DNA of 64,000 bases from assembly GCA_002269645.1 (NCBI GenBank), contig NIVC01001823.1, positions 124,001-188,000 on the forward strand, written 5' to 3'. Made by a program: the position numbers and the translations under genes. This document shows, one piece after another, positions 57,411 through 64,000 of the stretch. Below the pieces are notes generated by a model. It saw nothing but the letters and a program-made list of their open reading frames with translations. It did no database searches and was not told the origin of the DNA. How positions within the stretch are numbered: the stretch's first letter is position 1; every line of letters starts with the position of its first letter. This DNA is from Macrostomum lignano (lineage: Eukaryota).

Positions 57411-60400
57411 ACATAATCTGCAAGCTTGATGGAACTCGGCCCACTTTGCAGGGTTATCTCGATCGCCATGGCTAATTCACCGGGACCTGAACTGTAGAGA
57501 TATCTTGAATTGGACAGTTTGGTGTCACGATATGAAGCGCCCCGACACTTGGAGCTCCGCCGAGTCCTCCTCACCGCAACCGTGATACGAAATAAAGTCC
57601 GGAACGATTATCTTCTTTCCCGGAACTTGGTAGATCTTGAATTGTCGTGCGCGAGCACCCGCCGCGGTGCAGTCTCAAAAAACTGTACAGCACATGTAAC
57701 AATATCAATTACTGTTATACTGAAGTATAACTCTGTAGCTACAGTGGTCCTTGCAAAAAATGTCCAACGGACAACTAAGTCATCGAGTCAGTCATTGCTA
57801 TTACGATGTGTATGTACTTCTTTGATCGAGATACATGTATGCCGTTCCAAGTGGATTTTCATTCTTCATAGGGAAGAGGAGCCTCCTAGAAAATTGAAAG
57901 CAATCAGCGAAGGTTTTTAATTTTATTTCTCTTTATTTTTGAGCTGTTGAATGCTATGCCTGTTGAATGGACATCGTCTCCCTCCAGTTGTAGCACTATA
58001 CTATACCTTTCCTATTAATACCGGTCTGCGTTATGTATATCATAAACTATTTAAAAAAGCTTAAAACTAACGCATAGTTTTTCAAATAAAAGGTTTTTTA
58101 ATTTTGTTATAAATTTTTTACAGAAAAAACAAGTTTTTAAAAACTTTTTGTTTTATTTTATGCAAAGTTAGCAAGTATTTTTTAATTTTTTCAATACTTG
58201 CAATTCCATTAACAACAATCCAAAAATTTAACAAAAACATCTTTTGAAATGCTTTAAACCTGTAATGTAGAAAACTACCGAAACTCCTAACCAGCTAATT
58301 AGTAAAGACGAAAGACAAGTCCTAACCTAAAAATATCAGAATACTATAGGTTAACTGTAGCAGGTTTAGGTTTTACTTGTAGGTTCGTTAACTTTTTTTA
58401 GTACAAGTGTATGGCATTCCTCAAAGCTTAATATAATAATATGGAAGGCTTATTAAAAAAACCAATATGCTAACTATGCTAACTAAAACGAGTTATTATG
58501 CTTGGCCATTTGGCCATTTAAAATAAAGAAACATTCCTGTCAACTATGTAGCTTTAAAGTAGGGCCTAACCATATATATTAATGTATATTAGTATATATA
58601 TCTAATAAATAAGTAGGCCTATCGCCTATACAGGGTCTAACAGGGATAGGCCTATATACATTGTCATTAGGCCTACATTGCGATTGTCTTTGGTGAGCTA
58701 TTTAGGCCTAATTTATGAATTTGGTATAGCCTAGTGCCTAGGCTAGGCCTATATTATGCCATATTGTTGCCATATCTCTAACTAAATCTTTTTAAAAATC
58801 TTTTTAGACTTACTAAGCATTAAGGACAATTTAGACAAAATCTGCCACATGACTGAATGCTTAATAGGAAATAAGCATTGTGGGCAAACCTTGATGGGAA
58901 AAAACTTGCCAAGCAATTCACTCAGGCAAATTGGCATTGTCAAGATCCATAGGCCTTGGCCTACCGCCTAGGCCTAGTCAAGATCATGGCATGCCTATGC
59001 CAGAATGAATCCTATCAAAAAAGTTTGCTTGCATTATCTATTGATCTGTTGAATCTGTTTCAGAGAATGAAGTGGGGATGGAGAAGATTTAGACTTTTAA
59101 ATTGGCGGTTTGAATTGTTGGTTGACACTAGTAAGGTGGGGCGGATTCTATATCTAAATTTCTGCTGGCATTGTCTCGGCACTCGTTAAGCTGGAAAATT
59201 GCACAAATTGTTGCGTTGAGTTTTCTCCTTGGATACTCTGTCTGCCTGGGTCCTCAATTCCAGGGGGAGGGTAGTTGTAATCATAGTCAAGCAGTCTTGT
59301 AGTGGCCTAGGTTGTTCAGAATGGGTCATTAGACACCATAAACTCGTAATTTGTTGAGATTGCTAGTTGTGTTACTTTCAATAGTAAAGTAGCGCTGCCA
59401 CCACCGTAAATATCGTCTTATGGAATGTTAAGGGTCTCAAAGCTTTCTTTGAGTTGAGACTGATTGGTTATTTTATGCCTCGCGGGCAAAGAACTCAATA
59501 TAAACTAGAGGCTTCAATTAAGACCAACTGGATAAATATTAATATAAAACTTATTATTATTGTTTGTTACTATTAGCGATCAATTATTATTGTAGTCAAT
59601 GATTAAGAAAATTATAATTTTCCAGGAGGTTAATAAGCAATTGACAAGTTAGTTGACTAATAAATGGATTTAGGCAATAAAATGAATGTCGCACACTATT
59701 AAATTTGATGGATGATTATGAGACAGTGTGAAACAGGCAGTTAACTACAAATTCACAACTTAACTAAACAGAGGCAAGAGCAGGAAATAGCAGTAGTCGA
59801 AGGAGCAAAAGAAGAAAAAGTAAGTGCAATGATTTTTATACAAAATTGTTACATGGATCCAATTGGGAGAACACTGAGGGGAACACTGAGGGGAACACAA
59901 TTGGGAAAAAGGGGACAAACCCGGGAGGAACACAGCAAAACAAAGCGGGACCAAGGGAAGGGGCAACAATTGGACCAAAGGTGGGGGCAACGAGGGGAAA
60001 GCGCACAGTTCATCCAGGGAAGCAGAAATGATGTCAAATGTTGTCCCACCAGGTGGAGGCGCTTCGTGCGTCACCAACTGTTGCAGGAGCCCCAGTGGTA
60101 GACCGGCCTACCACAGAGAAAATGCAATGTAAATGTGTTTTAATTAAAAAAAGCTGTCAATAGGCCTATACTGGCAAACCAATAAGTGCTATTAAAAATA
60201 AATAATATTCTAATTTTCTGTTTGTGAAAATATTTTTTGTTAAACATTTTTTCTTGGAACAAATTGTGTCAATTTTTTGTCTTGCATTGTACTGCACTAG
60301 ATCCCTTCCCTTGCTTGCTGTTACGCCGGAAGGTGCCATTGTAGTGCATGTCCAACCCCTTTTTGTGCTGGAGTTTTCTATGAAAAAAGGCTATCTTCTT

Positions 60401-62311
60401 GACAATAGGTCAAGACCAAGGCACCAAGGCAAGACCAAGGCCAGAACAAATCCTATTAAAAAGTTTGATTGCACTATATGCTAGAATAGATCTTAGGGGG
60501 CCTATCAAATAAGATTGCTTATGCCATGTACTAGAACTTTTTTGTCAAAAAAACACAAACAAAAGTTAGTATAATACTTGTATTTTCAGTTAAAAAATAC
60601 TAGTAAAACTTATATTTGAATCTATTTTATAGAAAATATAATGTTGATATTAAATATATTTTATAAAAAGGTATCAATATATTCAGAAGCTAAAAAATGC
60701 TCATTTTATATTAGCAAAATATTTGTTCTCTACCAGATTTTACCATTTTTTGTTATGCTCTACCTCTGTGCTATCTTTTTAACTATAGAAAAATACAATG
60801 CTCTATTTGAATAAGTTCTTAAAGTTCCTTATTGGAACTTATAATTTTCAAAAACCTATAGACAGCAATACCAATGCAAAAAAGTTGCTTTAATATCTGA
60901 CAAAAGTGCAAAAACATAATACCAAAGTTATGATATGAAAAATTGCAAAACATTGTGAAAATGACAAATGATGTCCAATATAAAAAGCCTAAAAAATGAA
61001 GTGTTCTGAAATGTTTTTAACTCTATATATTTAAAGTCTTAAATGATAATTATGTTACTCTTGTGGTATTGCTATCACTGCCACCCATCAATTGCAATAT
61101 GACACAATGTGCAATACTGCCTTCTACCACAATGTAACTCTAGTAAATATTGAAAATGCAATAGATGGTTATCTGAAATTTGTTAATTTATTCCAATAAG
61201 GTCAAAGTCCATAGATGCACATTAAACATCACACTGCACACTGAGTGCACCAAGCATAACATTGCATACCAAGCATCTTGCAAGAAGTATAAAGGGAAGT
61301 GGCCCTCATGGGTTAAGATTGCACAACAACCTCTTGGCCAATATCAAGAGGAAAAACTTGGTATTTAAATCTTGACTAGCAAATCTTGTTAGACAATTTG
61401 TCTGTGAGGAAAAACCCATTGACTGAAATACATTAATATATTTTGTCCTTAGATTAGAAGACTAGAATTCAGTACAGATCATGGCAAGTTTATACAAAAA
61501 TAAAAATTCTAGTTTTATATTTTATGCTGACCTAAATAGGGCTAGGGACTAGCCTAAGGGCTGGACACTATTGATCCCTTAATTTGAGTAACACTAAAGT
61601 AAGTTAAATTTTTAACACTAATTTGAATCAGTTTGAATTCAATGTATTTACATTTATGTCTAGATTATGATATATTCAGAGTATTTGGTATCTAAGCCTA
61701 TGGCTCTTTATTTTACCTTATTTTATATCTCAGGTTCTTAGCACTTTCTTAAATCAAGATTAAATTGAGAAAAGTATTTATTGATTGCAAGATTAAGATC
61801 TTGTCCAACCTCTAGACTGTAGCCTAATTCAATGATGCTAGTACCACATGCATGGTGTGCTAACTTTTCAAATTTAAATTCAACTAGAATAGATAAGAAA
61901 ACTTTTTTTATAAAGAACCAACTTCTAAATACTTTTTTAGAATTTCATAGAAAAAAACTTATAAAAATTGTAATACTGAATATTCAAAAGTCAGGGTTTT
62001 TTTAATTTTAAATAGAAAAATAAAACAAAAAATGATGTAAGTCCTAGCTGTGTAAATAATAGGTAGATGCATTCCAGCAGAATAACACAACAATAATTGT
62101 GGTATTAGTTAAAATGGATTATAATGCACTCACTATTAGATCCATTCCAACAGTTTGCTTACCTATTATTGAATTCATGCATGCCCTCAGTCGGCAGGCG
62201 TTTCTCTCTGCCATCTTAGCAGCGTTCGACGAGATTTAAACTGAGATCTCGTGTGTTTTGAAGAATTTTCTCAAATCTTTTCTAAAAATTTCAATCGGTT
62301 TAGATTTCGGC

Positions 62312-64000
62312 ATGGATGCGGACTATGCAAACATCCCGGACGATATCGAAGGCTTCGATGCTCTGGCCGACCTGCCGCTGCAGAGCGCCGACGAGCAGAC
62401 CCGGATGTGGCAGCAGCAGGGCCAGTACATGCTGTCCGACTCTGGCATTCACTCCGTCATGTCCGGCACCTCGGCCCCGTCCGTCTGCTCGCAGCCGATC
62501 GGAGGCTCGGACGAACTCGAAGCTCCCTGGCCGAGTGGGCCCGGACATCCCGGCAGCGTCGGCGCCGTTGAAGCCGCGTTCCCGCCGTCCGACCTGAGCG
62601 GCATGCTGAGTCCGGGCACCCCGCTGTCCAGCAGCGGCGGCACCACCAACACCCCGATCCCGCTGGACCAGGGCATCGGCGGCCCCGCCTCCAACCTCAC
62701 CTCCATCGGCGGCAACTTCGACGAGGCGTCGGATTTGGCCGACGCGGCCTCGGCCCTGCCCGAACTGGTGCCGCTGCTCGAGGACGAAGATCCCGTGGTG
62801 GTCGGCCAGGCCTCCATGATGATCAACCAGCTGTCCAAGACTCGGCCGAATCTGGAGATCATCATCAACACTCCGGGCATGGTTGAGGCTCTGGTCAGGT
62901 CGCTGGACACGGCCGCTCCGGAGCCCGCCCGCTGGCTGGCCGGCACGCTGCATCAGATGTCGCAGACTCCCGGCGGCCTTGCCGTCATCTTCAAGACAGG
63001 CGGTGTGGCAGCCCTGATCAGACAGCTGTCTAGCAATATCGAAGTGATTCAGTTCTATTCTATTACCACTCTGCACAATCTGCTGCTGTATCAAGACGGC
63101 GCCAAGGAGCAGGTGCGCGAGTGCGGCGGTATTCCTGTCATTGTGGGCCTGTTGAAGAAGAATAATCAGAAATTTCTGGCCATTTGCACCGACTGTCTGC
63201 AGCTGCTGTCGTTCAGGTTTATGCATACATTGAATTTTTGCACTGTTTATTACACATTCAGATCCTCATTATGGTCCCAATTTCGCATTTATACGAGTAT
63301 TCCAATTCTCATGATCCCAATATCATGATCCCTTATCCCAAAGTTTATAATTCCAAATCTTCAAATTTCATAATTCCACATCCCAAGTCCCCTAGTCCCA
63401 GAATCCCAGATTCCAAACTACGAGTATCACATATCCCAAAGCCTATGACCATGATCCCACATCCTCAAACTTCAGTATCCCAAATCCCAATATTTCATAA
63501 TTCCAGAATCCCAGATCCCAAAGAATCTCACATCATATTATCTCTTGATCCCACATCCCAGTCCCAATATCTCATGATCCCAGAATTCCAGATCCCAAAG
63601 TATCTCACATCCCAATATCTCATGATCCCAGAATTCCAGATCCCAAAGTATCTCACATCCCAATATCTCATGATCCCAAAATTCCAGATCCCAAAGTATC
63701 TCATAATCCCAGATCCCAAGTCAATGATCCCATATCTTCAAATTTCATGATCTCACATCCCAAATTTCATGGTCGCTACATCAGTATTTCATAATCAAAT
63801 TTCATAAGTCCCGATATAAGATCTTTATCCCTATTATTTTATGATCCCAATCAGAGAACTTAGATCCTCATCATCCCTAACAAAATATCCCCCATCGGTC
63901 ACCGTCTGCAGGCATCCGCAGACCAAGCTTGAGATCTGCTCAGCCGGCGGCCCAGTGGAGCTGGTGCACATTCTGCTCAACTACAACTACGAGAAGCTGC
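62312..64000 (+). CDS. CTNNB1: Beta-catenin (armadillo family), 3'-partial; exons 62312-63216 and 63912->64000
   Basis: DSGIHS degron; ALPELVPLLEDEDPVVVGQASMMINQLSK; FYSITTLHNLLLYQDGAKEQVR; KFLAICTDCLQLL; after a phase-2 intron, HPQTKLEICSAGGPVELVHILLNYNYEKL. Confidence 0.95.
63290..63770. repeat. Degenerate ATCCCA/TTCCAGATCCCAAAG minisatellite in the beta-catenin intron
   Basis: Repeated ATCCCAGAATTCCAGATCCCAAAGTATCTCACATCCCAATATCTCATG blocks. Confidence 0.75.

Noticed and set aside
59760-60110. Purine-rich stretch with short ORFs on both strands
   Set aside because: No recognisable domain, splice signals or repeat boundaries.

Overview
Eukaryotic (metazoan) genomic DNA with GC-rich exons, AT-rich spacers and many minisatellites. 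The style suggests a free-living flatworm such as Macrostomum, but that is inference and not provable here. Four spliced protein-coding genes were reconstructed by hand, with all splice phases consistent: (1) the 3' part of a gene joining ankyrin repeats to a cGAS-like/Mab-21 nucleotidyltransferase (+, <1-3914); (2) a complete 35-exon CFAP46 gene (-, 6942-41672, about 2980 aa) ending in a catalytically dead separase/CHAT-like domain; (3) a two-exon INSIG gene (-, 43702-46673) whose first exon sits in a 2.4-kb tandem duplication; (4) the 5' part of a beta-catenin gene (+, 62312->64000) with an altered degron spacing. Mobile DNA includes tRNA-derived SINEs, a solo LTR with a 4-bp TSD inside a minisatellite, a 1.19-kb (AAC)n-tailed retroposon with a 13-bp TSD, a foldback-like element, a related MITE, a decayed Ty3/gypsy integrase and a dispersed 'head + minisatellite' element. 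Most CFAP46 introns carry their own tandem array, several of which echo the adjacent splice donor. Most long ORFs in the supplied track are translations of these arrays.
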